In this document: in pieces, positions 10,293 through 19,260 of the stretch
Position numbering within the stretch: position 1 is the stretch's first letter
Layout: each line of letters begins with the position of its first letter
NCBI GenBank assembly: GCA_963674735.2
Contig: CAXXQS010000001.1
Location: forward strand, 2,400,001 to 2,464,000
DNA from: Myxococcota bacterium
Lineage (GTDB): Bacteria > Myxococcota_A > SURF-8
Direction: 5' to 3'
DNA length: 64,000 nucleotides
Notes under the pieces: generated by a model
Told to the model about the DNA's origin: nothing
The model's input: the letters and a program-made list of their open reading frames with translations, nothing else
Database searches by the model: none
Program-made: the position numbers and the translations under genes

Positions 10293-10319
10293 GTCTTTCA
10301 AAATCCTGCGGATTCAGGT

Positions 10320-11438
10320 TTACGACGGCAGCAGCCGACCCTCGGGGGACTGCATCAGTCGGCGGAAATGCTCGACGAACGCCACGTTGTCTTCGTGCAA
10401 ACCGGTGTTGACGCGGATGGCCCGCTCGCCGATGGGACGCACGATGACGCCCGCCTTCTGCAATTCCTCGAACAGCCAAACCGCCCGTTTTTCGGTAACG
10501 ATCAGCAGGAAATTGGTTTGCGAAGGGGGCATCGTGATTGGCAGATCCTGCAGGTTTTCGCGCAGATAGGCCAGCTCGACCGTGTTGTAGTCGCGCACCT
10601 TGGCCACGAACTCGTGGTCGTCGAGCGCGGCCATGCCCGCCGCCAGAGCGACCAGGTTGGCGTTGAAGGGCGTCCGCACCAGGTTGATACCCTGGATGAT
10701 GTCGGCCGGTCCGATGCCGTAGCCGATGCGTACGCCCGCCAGGCCGTAAGCTTTGGAAAGCGTGCGTAGATACAAGATACGCCGTCCGGCGTGGAAATAC
10801 GGCATGGGGTCGGGCAGATCGTCTACGGTGACATACTCGCTGTAGGCACAGTCGTACACCACCAGCGTGTCTTCCGGCACCTTCGCCATGAAGGCGTCGA
10901 ATTCGGCTTGGTTGAACCAGGTGCCGGTGGGGTTGGTCGGATTGGCTAAAAAGACAACCTTGGTCGCGGGTTCGATCAGAGCGGCCAGAGCGTCGAGGTC
11001 GTAGCGGAAGCCGCCGTCGATCATGGGAGCCATTTTCAGCACGGCCCCGGCCTTCTGCGCCACTTTTTCGTACATGGCGAAGGTTTTCTGCGAGGTGACG
11101 ACTTGATCGCCCGGGTTCAGAAACGCGATTCCGATCTGCTCCAGAATCTCCACCGATCCCGATCCGATAATCACGTTTTCGAGATCGCAGTTGTAAAGCT
11201 CGCTCAGTTTTTGCTTAAAATAGTAGGCATTGTCGTCGGGATAGTAGGCCACCTGCTCGACCGCGTCATGCATGGCGGCCAGGGCTTTGGGCGACGTTCC
11301 CATGGGGTTTTCATTGGAGGCCAGTTTGGCGATACGGCCGGTGAGACCGTACTGTCGGCGGACTTCCTCGATGGGTTTGCCGGTCGTGTAGGGTTTGAAA
11401 GCCAACAGGGGTTCACGCAGCAGATTCTTCGGGGACAT
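10320..11438 (-). CDS. hisC: Histidinol-phosphate aminotransferase
   Basis: KLASNENPMG, ANPTNPTG, DCAYSEY, LRTLSKAYGLAGVRIGY; AAGGAG RBS. Confidence 0.92.
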   Translation of the reverse strand: MSPKNLLREPLLAFKPYTTGKPIEEVRRQYGLTGRIAKLASNENPMGTSPKALAAMHDAVEQVAYYPDDNAYYFKQKLSELYNCDLENVIIGSGSVEILEQIGIAFLNPGDQVVTSQKTFAMYEKVAQKAGAVLKMAPMIDGGFRYDLDALAALIEPATKVVFLANPTNPTGTWFNQAEFDAFMAKVPEDTLVVYDCAYSEYVTVDDLPDPMPYFHAGRRILYLRTLSKAYGLAGVRIGYGIGPADIIQGINLVRTPFNANLVALAAGMAALDDHEFVAKVRDYNTVELAYLRENLQDLPITMPPSQTNFLLIVTEKRAVWLFEELQKAGVIVRPIGERAIRVNTGLHEDNVAFVEHFRRLMQSPEGRLLPS

Positions 11439-11670
11439 CGCAACTCCTTTCCGGCTTGGGTGGCCAAGTGGCCGGTCGTTCGCGCGGCAAGTTATAACGC
11501 AGGCGACAGAGGAGGTCAAGGCGAGTTTTCGATGCCGTCCGGTTCCGCTCCGTTTGCGGCTTTGGAGCCGATTAAATACTCCTGTATTTACAGTAGGTTA
11601 GCTATTACAGACGGAATACTCGATCCGGAATTTGCGGCGGTGAATCGGTCGTTCTTGGGGACAAACTCGC

Positions 11671-12588
11671 TTAGATACTCCGCCGGCGGCGGCGCAAAAC
11701 GGCCATCAATATCAAGCAAACCAGCCAGCCGGGCCAGGCCAAAATTCCGAGGCTGCGGCAGCTCGACGAGCCGGAAGGCTCCGCGTCGTTTTGGGGTTGG
11801 TCGTCCAGGCAAATTTCGCCCGGCGGACAGTCGCTCGGACCCGGTGGCACGGGCGTATTGTCGTCGCCATCGGGCAGCAGACTGCGTTCATCCGCGTCGG
11901 CATTTTCGGCATCGCGGTCCTCGTCGCGGTCGCCGTCGGAGGTGTCGCCGTCGGGGGCGTCGCCGTCGGGTGTATCGCCATCGGAAGCGTCGTCGTCGCG
12001 GTCGCCATCGCTGGCGTCACTGTCGGTGACATCGCCGTCAGGAATCACCGAATCGGGATCGCCGCCACCGGGCACGCATTGCCGATCGACACACACCTCG
12101 CCCGCTTCGCAATCGTCGTTGCCATTGCAATGCTCCTGGCATTCGTGGGATTCGACCACGCAGAAAGAGCCGCTGGGACAATCGGCGTCATTGAGGCAGA
12201 AGCTGTCGTCATCACCCGGCTGCGGCTCGCAGCGGCTGGTATCGGGGTTGCAGTACTCGCCGCTTTCGCATTGGAAATCGAGCTGGCAATAGTAGCGGCA
12301 ATCCCAGCTGCCCACCTCGCAGTAAGTATCCGGAAAATCGGGGCAATCCACCCCGCGACGGCACTCGCCGTCCGGCAGCGCCACGCAAGCCTGCTCGACG
12401 CACCAGGTGCGCGGCGCGCAATCGTCGTTGGACGTGCAATCCGGTTCCGCTTCGAATTCGGCTTCGTTTTCGGTATCCAGATCGCCATCGAGCAGCGCCG
12501 TAGCGCCGTAGACCGGCATGTGCCAAGCGAGCCCGATGATCGAGACGCACAGTGCGGTCACCATCAGCGCCATTCGAGTTACGTACAT
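11671..12588 (-). CDS. Cys-rich repeat surface protein with DGD linker and MYXO-CTERM-like anchor
   Basis: Signal peptide; five CxxxxDCxxxxxC-type repeats; DGD repeats; C-terminal SSSC + TM helix + RRRRR. Confidence 0.75.
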   Translation of the reverse strand: MYVTRMALMVTALCVSIIGLAWHMPVYGATALLDGDLDTENEAEFEAEPDCTSNDDCAPRTWCVEQACVALPDGECRRGVDCPDFPDTYCEVGSWDCRYYCQLDFQCESGEYCNPDTSRCEPQPGDDDSFCLNDADCPSGSFCVVESHECQEHCNGNDDCEAGEVCVDRQCVPGGGDPDSVIPDGDVTDSDASDGDRDDDASDGDTPDGDAPDGDTSDGDRDEDRDAENADADERSLLPDGDDNTPVPPGPSDCPPGEICLDDQPQNDAEPSGSSSCRSLGILAWPGWLVCLILMAVLRRRRRSI

Positions 12589-12753
12589 AAGAAAACCTCC
12601 GCCTAGCCGTTCACGATGCGACCGTCCTTGACTTTTCAGATTAGCACAATCGTGCAAGCTTGAACAGGATTTGAAAGCAGGGGCAGACCGAAGCTGGCTG
12701 ACATCAAAATGCCTCGTCAACCGGACAGGTGTGGATGCAATCTCGCTCCATCC

Positions 12754-13315
12754 AGGGATCTCGACCACCCCGTCTTCGCTTCGCGAATCCACCCCTCCTT
12801 GGAAAGGAGGGGCTTAATCTCCCCCTTTTCAAGGGGGAGTCCTCCGCAGGAGGGAGGGGGTCATAGCTCAACACAATTTAATATTTCTTCCAGTACCCCT
12901 TCTAAATTTTCATATACATCATTATTTGTGAAGCGAAGAAAGGGATCTCAACCACCCCGTCTTCGCTGCGCGAATCCACCCCTCCTTGGAAAGAAGGGGC
13001 TTAATCTCCCCCTTTTCAAGGGGGAGTCCTCCGCAGGAGGGAGGAGGTCATAGCTCAACACAATTTAATATTTCTTCCAGTACCCCTTCTAAATTTTCAT
13101 ATACATCATTATTTGTGAAGCGAAGAAAGGGATCTCAACCACCCCGTCTTCGCTGCGCGAATCCACCCCTCCTTGGATAAGGAGGGGCTTAATCTCCCCC
13201 TTTTCAAGGGGGAGTCCTCCGCAGGAGGGAGGGGGTCATAGCTCAACACAATTTAATATTTCTTCCAGTACCCCTTCTAAATTTTCATATACATCATTAT
13301 TTGTGAAGCGAAGAA
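12754..13315. repeat. Tandem array of three 187-188-bp units (REP-like doublet + last 80 bp of the DUF559 gene)
   Basis: Units start at 12754, 12941 and 13128 (AGGGATCTC..) and end in ..GAAGCGAAGAA. The gene-derived 80 bp are identical in all three; the few differences lie only in the palindromic part. Confidence 0.95.
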
Positions 13316-13595
13316 AATGAATTCCGAATGATTCGATATATTCTTGTCTTTGTTTATCGTATTCTTCAACTCCTTCTACATAATGTGAATGGCCATCCAG
13401 TTCGATCGCGAGTTTTAACTTTGGACAATAAAAATCAATGATATAAACCCCGACTCCATACTGTCTGCGGAATTTGAGGTTATGGAATTGTTTGTTTTTT
13501 AACTGTGACCACAAAATCACTTCCGCGTTTGGCATATTATTTCTTAAGTCTTTGCGTTTCTGATTATATCGAGAGCGGTTAAAGATTTTACCCAT
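13236..13595 (-). CDS. DUF559 (Vsr-like, PD-(D/E)XK) endonuclease domain protein
   Basis: RKDLRNNMPNAEVILWSQL, KFRRQY, YIIDFYC, LAIELDGHSH, D..RQ.YIESFG..FLRFTN; markedly AT-rich versus the flanks. Confidence 0.9.
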   Translation of the reverse strand: MGKIFNRSRYNQKRKDLRNNMPNAEVILWSQLKNKQFHNLKFRRQYGVGVYIIDFYCPKLKLAIELDGHSHYVEGVEEYDKQRQEYIESFGIHFLRFTNNDVYENLEGVLEEILNCVEL

Positions 13596-13701
13596 AATTA
13601 TTAACCCATTCCAAAATTTCTTTTTGATTTCCGATATTACCAAAATCCGGATCTGATTTCGCTTTTTCAATAAATCATCTCGATATTTTTGAGTGAGGTT
13701 T

Positions 13702-13770
13702 TTCTCGACCTCCCCGTCTTCGCTGCGCGAATCCACCCCTCCTTAGAAAGGAGGGGCTGAATCTCCCCCT
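13702..13770. repeat. Upstream copy of the DUF559-associated palindromic repeat
   Basis: TCTCGACCTCCCCGTCTTCGCTGCGCGAATCCACCCCTCCTTAGAAAGGAGGGGCTGAATCTCCCCCT is nearly identical to the first part of the array units, in the same orientation. Confidence 0.9.
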
Positions 13771-14061
13771 AAGCAGGAACGGGGCTCTGTCCTGTTCCGC
13801 ATGTTTGTCCTGATTTTTCCTCGCAACCGGCCCTGCCTGAAACAAGGCGGGAGCCTTGTTTGAAGACAACCCAAGCGAGCAGGACGGGAGCCCTGCTCGA
13901 ACGGAAGTTACGACCGCGACCCCTTCGAGATGCGCTCCTGCACGGGAGGTCATTCTCTGTAGCATTAAATCCCCCCGGCTCCGTTTGCTCCTTGCCCCCT
14001 TCGCCCAATCGGAGTAAGATGAAGGTACACCGCTGGATAGACTCCAACCAGGGGATCGCTC

Positions 14062-14592
14062 ATGCTTCGCGATTGGGTCCGGCAGTTACACAACACACGG
14101 GATTTCCACCGCCGCTACACCGATAAAACCGGCTGCAGCATTCTGCTGCGCCCGGCCCTGCAAAGCGATTTCAGCCGCATTCTCGCCATGTACGACGACT
14201 TCGAGCCCAAAGAGAGCGCCCAGGGACTGCCCTCCGCCGACCCCGAACGCCGCCGCAAGTGGGTGCAGCAGATCCTCGACGAATCGCTCAACGTCATCGC
14301 GCTGGCCGAGGAGCGGGTCACCGGCCACGCCTGCCTGATCGAAATCCCGCCCGGCACGACCAGCGAGTTGGAAATCGCCGTGCACCAGGATTTTCAGGAT
14401 CGCGGTATCGGTTTCGCCCTGCTGCAATCGCTGGTCGGTATCGCGCGCTCCTGCCACTGCTGCCGGATCTGGCTCACGGTGGACGCCATGAACCACCGCG
14501 CCATCCGCATGTACCAGAAATGCGGATTCTGCTTCAAAGGCCCCTTCGACATCGAACGCGATATGGAACTGACGCTCGACAACGCCGAATAA
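14062..14592 (+). CDS. GNAT-family acetyltransferase
   Basis: AVHQDFQDRGIGFALL, NHRAIRMYQKCGF. Confidence 0.9.
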   Translation: MLRDWVRQLHNTRDFHRRYTDKTGCSILLRPALQSDFSRILAMYDDFEPKESAQGLPSADPERRRKWVQQILDESLNVIALAEERVTGHACLIEIPPGTTSELEIAVHQDFQDRGIGFALLQSLVGIARSCHCCRIWLTVDAMNHRAIRMYQKCGFCFKGPFDIERDMELTLDNAE

Positions 14593-15296
14593 GCCCAGCC
14601 GCAGAACCGCTTTTCGTCGCTTGCGCCCTTTCATCCCCTGGCCGACTGTGGCCGAAATCGCACAAGGGAGACTTGGGAGGGTGGGCCTCATTTTTTGCCC
14701 TGTTGCCGGAAACGACCTCGCTGCGCGATCTGCGCCGTTTACCGGAGGCGTTTTATGCGATTGTTGAAATCATTGGGTTTTTCGGCGTCGAACAGGGGGG
14801 TAAAGTCGTAATCCCAGGAGAATACTAGGTTGGGCGTACTACGTCACATCGGCGGCGCATCGCCAAACCGCTTTCCCTGCGCCCAAGCCCCCAAGCCCAA
14901 ATGACCGGCTTCCCCAATCGAATCGTTTTTCCCTTTAACATCAAATAGATACGCTTTTCATGCGCGCCCGCAAACGGCGTGACGCCCCCGCGTCGACTCG
15001 TAATATGGAGGAGAGTTGTAATACTTATTGTAGTATATTCACTATATTCCATTTAGAATATTTGAAAGAGACACCTTTATCTTACTGATATAATAGGACT
15101 TTCTCTGTTTTGACAAGATGAGGTGTGTCTCTGCAAGAAAACGAGCGGGAAATTCGCAAGATTCGCGTGCAATAACAGCAGCTTGCAAAGGTGCTAGGCG
15201 TCTCGTGGGTAGGTTTACAGCCCGTTTCCGCTTCAGGCCCGAAACGCAGAAGGCCGGCGCAGGTCAAAAGGTCGTTTGTATGACGATTGCCACACG

Positions 15297-17990
15297 TCAC
15301 ACGTTGTCGACAGTCAGATAAAAGCGGATCTCCCGAGCCACGTCGGTCAGCACGTCCATCGACGAATAATCCTCGGCCAGCTCCAAAAAGCGCGCCCGCT
15401 TCTTCTTTTTGGCGGCCTTTTTCTCCTTGCGCGTCAAACCGAAAGACAAGGTTCGCGCCTCGTCTTTTTGCGGCAGGATGGTGACGGTGGTGTCCTCGAA
15501 ATCCTCGTTGCGAACCAGGACACCCTGGTGCAAAAAGTAGGCAATAGCATTTTGGAAGTTGGTTTTCGAGTAAGCCTCGCCGTGCTCGATATCGCCGATC
15601 AAATGCATCTTGCGGCCTTCGTCCATCACAAGCTTCAGGAACTTTTTCTCGCCGATGCGCTTACCCAGAAGCCGCGGCAGCGTTTTGGCCACCACCCAAT
15701 AGCTTTCGAGGAAGTTCAGCAGCGGGCGCTGGAAAAATGGTAGCAGGCGGTCGGCGACGTTGGTGGCGCTGAGATTGCCGTAGCCGTCCTTCACCAGAAT
15801 GCCCTTCTCGTGAAACGCTTCCACCGTCTGGTCGAAAAGCTGGTCGCGCGAAATCGCGGGCGAATGGCTGACTTCATAACGTAATAACTCGGCGAGAAAG
15901 CGCCCACGATCGGCCACGTCTTTTAGCGGAGCTTTCTGTTTTTTGAAAGACAAAAATGCCATGGCCAGATAAGCCGCCGGGGCCACATAATGCAGGATAT
16001 TGTTTTTGTAATAGTCCAGCGCATGGCGGTGGCTGTCGTTGATGGTGTAAACCACTTCGTTTCCGATGGTATGGCCCTGGATGCTGCCCTCGCGGCGCAG
16101 AACGTCGATAGCTTCGCCCACGGCGAACAGCGAATTATCGAGACTATTGGAAAGCGGCGCCCCGATATCGCGCAGGTATTGCAGAATGATTTCCACGTTA
16201 TCCATGAGCTTTTTCTGCGTCACACCCTTGCGGCTCGACGCCAGAAGCGCCAGCGATACCACCGCCGAAGGCGTCACGGTGGTGGCCTGATTGATGCGTG
16301 CGATCACGTCGAAACCCAGTTCCTGTATCAGCTGACGGCGCTGCGGCTCGGTGATCGTCGCCGGATCGAAGCCGAGGCGCTCGACGAAATCGCGGATCGA
16401 AATCGGTTCGCCCATCTGCTGATAGAGCGCGCCGTAACGGAATTTGAAGGCATCGAACACCTTCAGCAGGCTCGATGTGCTTTCGCGTTTTTTTTCGCCG
16501 CCGCTCAGCTCGTGCGAATACGAGCCTTCCTCGATGAGCTTGGAATAGATCAACGCAATGGGAATGAAGGTGATGTCGCGGGTCGGATTTTTCAGATAGG
16601 CATCGACGTAAATCGACAGAATGCCGAATTTGGGCCGCAGCAACTTGCCCGTGCGCGAGCGTCCGCCTTCGATGAAAAACTCCTGGGCGTAGCCCTCCCA
16701 CAACATGCGCGAGAGGTACTGGCGCAAGAGCGTGGCATACAATCGGTTGCCTTTGAACGAGCGACGAATGAAGATAGCGCCCATACGGCGGAACATGAAC
16801 CCCATCGGCCAGAAGCTCAGGTTTTCGCCCGCGATGATGTGCGGCGGGAAAATGCCCACCTGCAAACACAACCAGCTCCAGGTCAGGTAATCCATGTGCG
16901 ACTTGTGGCTCGGCACATACACCACCGGGCCGCGTTTGAGATACTCGCGGATGCGTTCCATCCCTTTTTCGTCGATCACAACCGGTTGATAGAGCCGTTT
17001 AAACGCCGCCGACATGGCCATGGCGGCCGATTGCACGAAGCTGTACTTATAGTCGGCGGCCATGAAGTCCAGTTCCTTGGCGGCCTCCGCCGCGACTTCG
17101 TCGACCGGACGACGGTCGGCCGCGGCCACATCGGCGATCACCTCCTGCACCGTTTCGGAGTTGAGCACCGATTCCAGAATCCAGGTGCGCGGCTTGGTCA
17201 TGGGCCCCGCCGCCGCAACGCGTTCTTCGGTGAAGAACTGGAACAGCCGCCAGCGGATTTCCTTCACCGGGTCTTTGCCGTGCTCGGCAAAGCTGTCGCT
17301 GGTCCAGTCGGATAAGCGGATGGCTTCGCCCGAGCGAATGAAAGCCGAGCGGAAATTGCGCAGAAATATGATGATGCGCCGCAGGCGACCGGGCTGCAGG
17401 GAGTTGCCGAAAAAGACGTCCCACACCGATTTCATCATCGACACTGGGCGTTTGGACCAGATGGTGATGTGCGGCATCAGGTAAAGGGGCGTCTCGCTGT
17501 CTTTTTGCATCGTCAGCAGGCGCTGAATTTCGTCGATCTGGCGCTCGGCGCGAATGCTCAGGAAGCTGCCGCGCGGCTGCAGAAAGACCAGGGTTTGCTT
17601 GCCCACCGCAACCGGTTCGACCAAAACGCGCTCCCGGCGTCCCGACCCGCGTCCGATCAGCCGCCGCAGGCCGTAAATCAGGCGATGAAACCCGTTGCGC
17701 TCGGGATAAAAGAGCGCCGGAAAACCGTGCTGAATCAGGTAATAGGTGAAGATCAAGTATTCCAGGTAGCTGCTGTATTGAAAAACGTGGACCACCGCGC
17801 CCTTTTCCAGGTACTGGCGGATGCGGCCGATATTTTTTCGGTGGAATTTGATGCGGGCGAACAACGGCCCCAGAAGCCAGATCCAAAAGCGTGTCATCCA
17901 GGGCAGTCGGCGACGCGCCTCATCGGGAGACGGCGTGATGATGCTCTCATCCAGGATGTCGGTCTGTTCCGTCATCGGCTTTCCCTTCAA
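15297..17990 (-). CDS. plsB: Glycerol-3-phosphate acyltransferase (PlsB/DHAPAT family)
   Basis: Block I PSHKSHMDY, GAIFIRRSF, EFFIEGGRSRTGK, FIPIAL, LDYYKNNILH. True start may be MTEQ at 17975. Confidence 0.9.
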   Translation of the reverse strand: MKGKPMTEQTDILDESIITPSPDEARRRLPWMTRFWIWLLGPLFARIKFHRKNIGRIRQYLEKGAVVHVFQYSSYLEYLIFTYYLIQHGFPALFYPERNGFHRLIYGLRRLIGRGSGRRERVLVEPVAVGKQTLVFLQPRGSFLSIRAERQIDEIQRLLTMQKDSETPLYLMPHITIWSKRPVSMMKSVWDVFFGNSLQPGRLRRIIIFLRNFRSAFIRSGEAIRLSDWTSDSFAEHGKDPVKEIRWRLFQFFTEERVAAAGPMTKPRTWILESVLNSETVQEVIADVAAADRRPVDEVAAEAAKELDFMAADYKYSFVQSAAMAMSAAFKRLYQPVVIDEKGMERIREYLKRGPVVYVPSHKSHMDYLTWSWLCLQVGIFPPHIIAGENLSFWPMGFMFRRMGAIFIRRSFKGNRLYATLLRQYLSRMLWEGYAQEFFIEGGRSRTGKLLRPKFGILSIYVDAYLKNPTRDITFIPIALIYSKLIEEGSYSHELSGGEKKRESTSSLLKVFDAFKFRYGALYQQMGEPISIRDFVERLGFDPATITEPQRRQLIQELGFDVIARINQATTVTPSAVVSLALLASSRKGVTQKKLMDNVEIILQYLRDIGAPLSNSLDNSLFAVGEAIDVLRREGSIQGHTIGNEVVYTINDSHRHALDYYKNNILHYVAPAAYLAMAFLSFKKQKAPLKDVADRGRFLAELLRYEVSHSPAISRDQLFDQTVEAFHEKGILVKDGYGNLSATNVADRLLPFFQRPLLNFLESYWVVAKTLPRLLGKRIGEKKFLKLVMDEGRKMHLIGDIEHGEAYSKTNFQNAIAYFLHQGVLVRNEDFEDTTVTILPQKDEARTLSFGLTRKEKKAAKKKKRARFLELAEDYSSMDVLTDVAREIRFYLTVDNV

Positions 17991-18354
17991 GCTGGTCTCA
18001 CAAGCAGGCCATTTTCGCGCACAGCGCCGATTAAATCAAGCGATTTTCCGCAGGCCAGGTCGCTGCGACGCGCCGGACATTCGACCTAAACCTCTGAATA
18101 AAGGTGGGTTTCACGGCTTTGGCGCGACGAACGACCGGCCGAGCCCGTGGCGGGGCCGCTCTTTATAACCGGTGGATGCGAAGGCATATTCCCGAACAAA
18201 GCATGCGGGTTCCCTGGGGGCAGGGCGGATCATTTTGACTTGCCATCCCACGCCCATTTGTTATAGTTGCGACGCATGTTCAGTCAGACAACCGAAACGG
18301 CGGCGCGGGGTTGTGCGTTTCCTGGTTGGAGTATCATTTAGGAGGGTGTAGGAA

Positions 18355-19176
18355 ATGAAAGCCGGATTCAAATGGGGATGGATGATCGTGGCGGGACTTC
18401 TATTCGTGCTGATGGCGTTGGGCTGCGACGACCAGGACGTGAATGACGATACGGACGGCGACGTTCCGGGCGACGGACCGACCGTCGAGGTCGTGTATGG
18501 CGACGACACCACCACGGTCGATCTCAGTCAATTCGAAGCCACCGAGATCGACGGCGAAGCGCATGTTTCCCTGGCGGATGTCGTGATGGACGGGGCCGAA
18601 CTGGCGCCGCTTGGCGACTTCGAATTCGACTTCGCCGCATCCGACGGCTTCACGCCGCTAGGGTCGCCCAACTGCCTGGGTATCGTTCCCCTGCCGGGCG
18701 AGTATCTCACCCAAGGGCAAATCAACATCGACACCATGCGCCTCGTCTGGGATGAAACACTCGAATTTCCCGGCTGCCTGAGCGTGAAAGATCTGGCCCA
18801 GATCATCGTCACCGACGCCGTGGAAAGCGCCACCGTCGAAGTGACCTTCGGAGACGCCAGCGTCGATGTGCGTCTGGCCACTCTGCCCAGCGAAACCTTC
18901 CAGGATGTCGAAGCCGTGAAACTGGCCGACGTGATCGCGGCGGCGCATTTCGAGCCGGAACTGGCCGACCTGCAGGCCGACTTCGAAGCTTCCGACGGCT
19001 TCCGTCCGGGCAATTCGGGCAACTGCGAAGGCATCACCCCGGTGGCGGGTGCGGACCTGGAACTGGGCTACCTCAGCCTCGACACGCTCGAACTGCTGTG
19101 GGACGACGAACTCGATTTCCCCGGTTGCATGGGCGTTGAAGACATCGCGTTGATCGAACTGAGCGACCTGCTGTAA
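18355..19176 (+). CDS. Acidic lipoprotein with two tandem copies of an uncharacterised domain
   Basis: Lipobox ALGC; the pattern DFxASDGFxP..S.NC.GI.P..G..L..G...DT..L.WD..L.FPGC..V.D.A.I occurs twice. Confidence 0.75.
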   Translation: MKAGFKWGWMIVAGLLFVLMALGCDDQDVNDDTDGDVPGDGPTVEVVYGDDTTTVDLSQFEATEIDGEAHVSLADVVMDGAELAPLGDFEFDFAASDGFTPLGSPNCLGIVPLPGEYLTQGQINIDTMRLVWDETLEFPGCLSVKDLAQIIVTDAVESATVEVTFGDASVDVRLATLPSETFQDVEAVKLADVIAAAHFEPELADLQADFEASDGFRPGNSGNCEGITPVAGADLELGYLSLDTLELLWDDELDFPGCMGVEDIALIELSDLL

Positions 19177-19206
19177 GCGGCTTCCCGCTTTTACGCGACG
19201 CAAACG

Positions 19207-19238
19207 GCCCCTTCCGTCTCGAACGGAGGGGGCTTTTT
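19207..19238 (+). terminator. Intrinsic terminator
   Basis: GCCCCTTCCG/CGGAGGGGGC stem followed by TTTTT, between convergent genes. Confidence 0.75.
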
Positions 19239-19260
19239 AGTGCGCCACGGGCCGCCTCCC

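Noticed and set aside
12754-13315. CRISPR array
   Set aside because: The apparent spacers are identical and come from the adjacent gene, units are 187 bp, and no cas genes are present.
11671-13736. ORF-track N-termini MDSRSEDG shared by 11671..12792 and 13236..13736, and the ORFs 12709..13053 and 12986..13180
   Set aside because: Artefacts of reading through the palindromic repeats; better starts are at 12588 and 13595.
14825-15052. 75-aa ORF in the gap between the GNAT gene and plsB
   Set aside because: No clear RBS, atypical composition and no motif; left as unexplained DNA.
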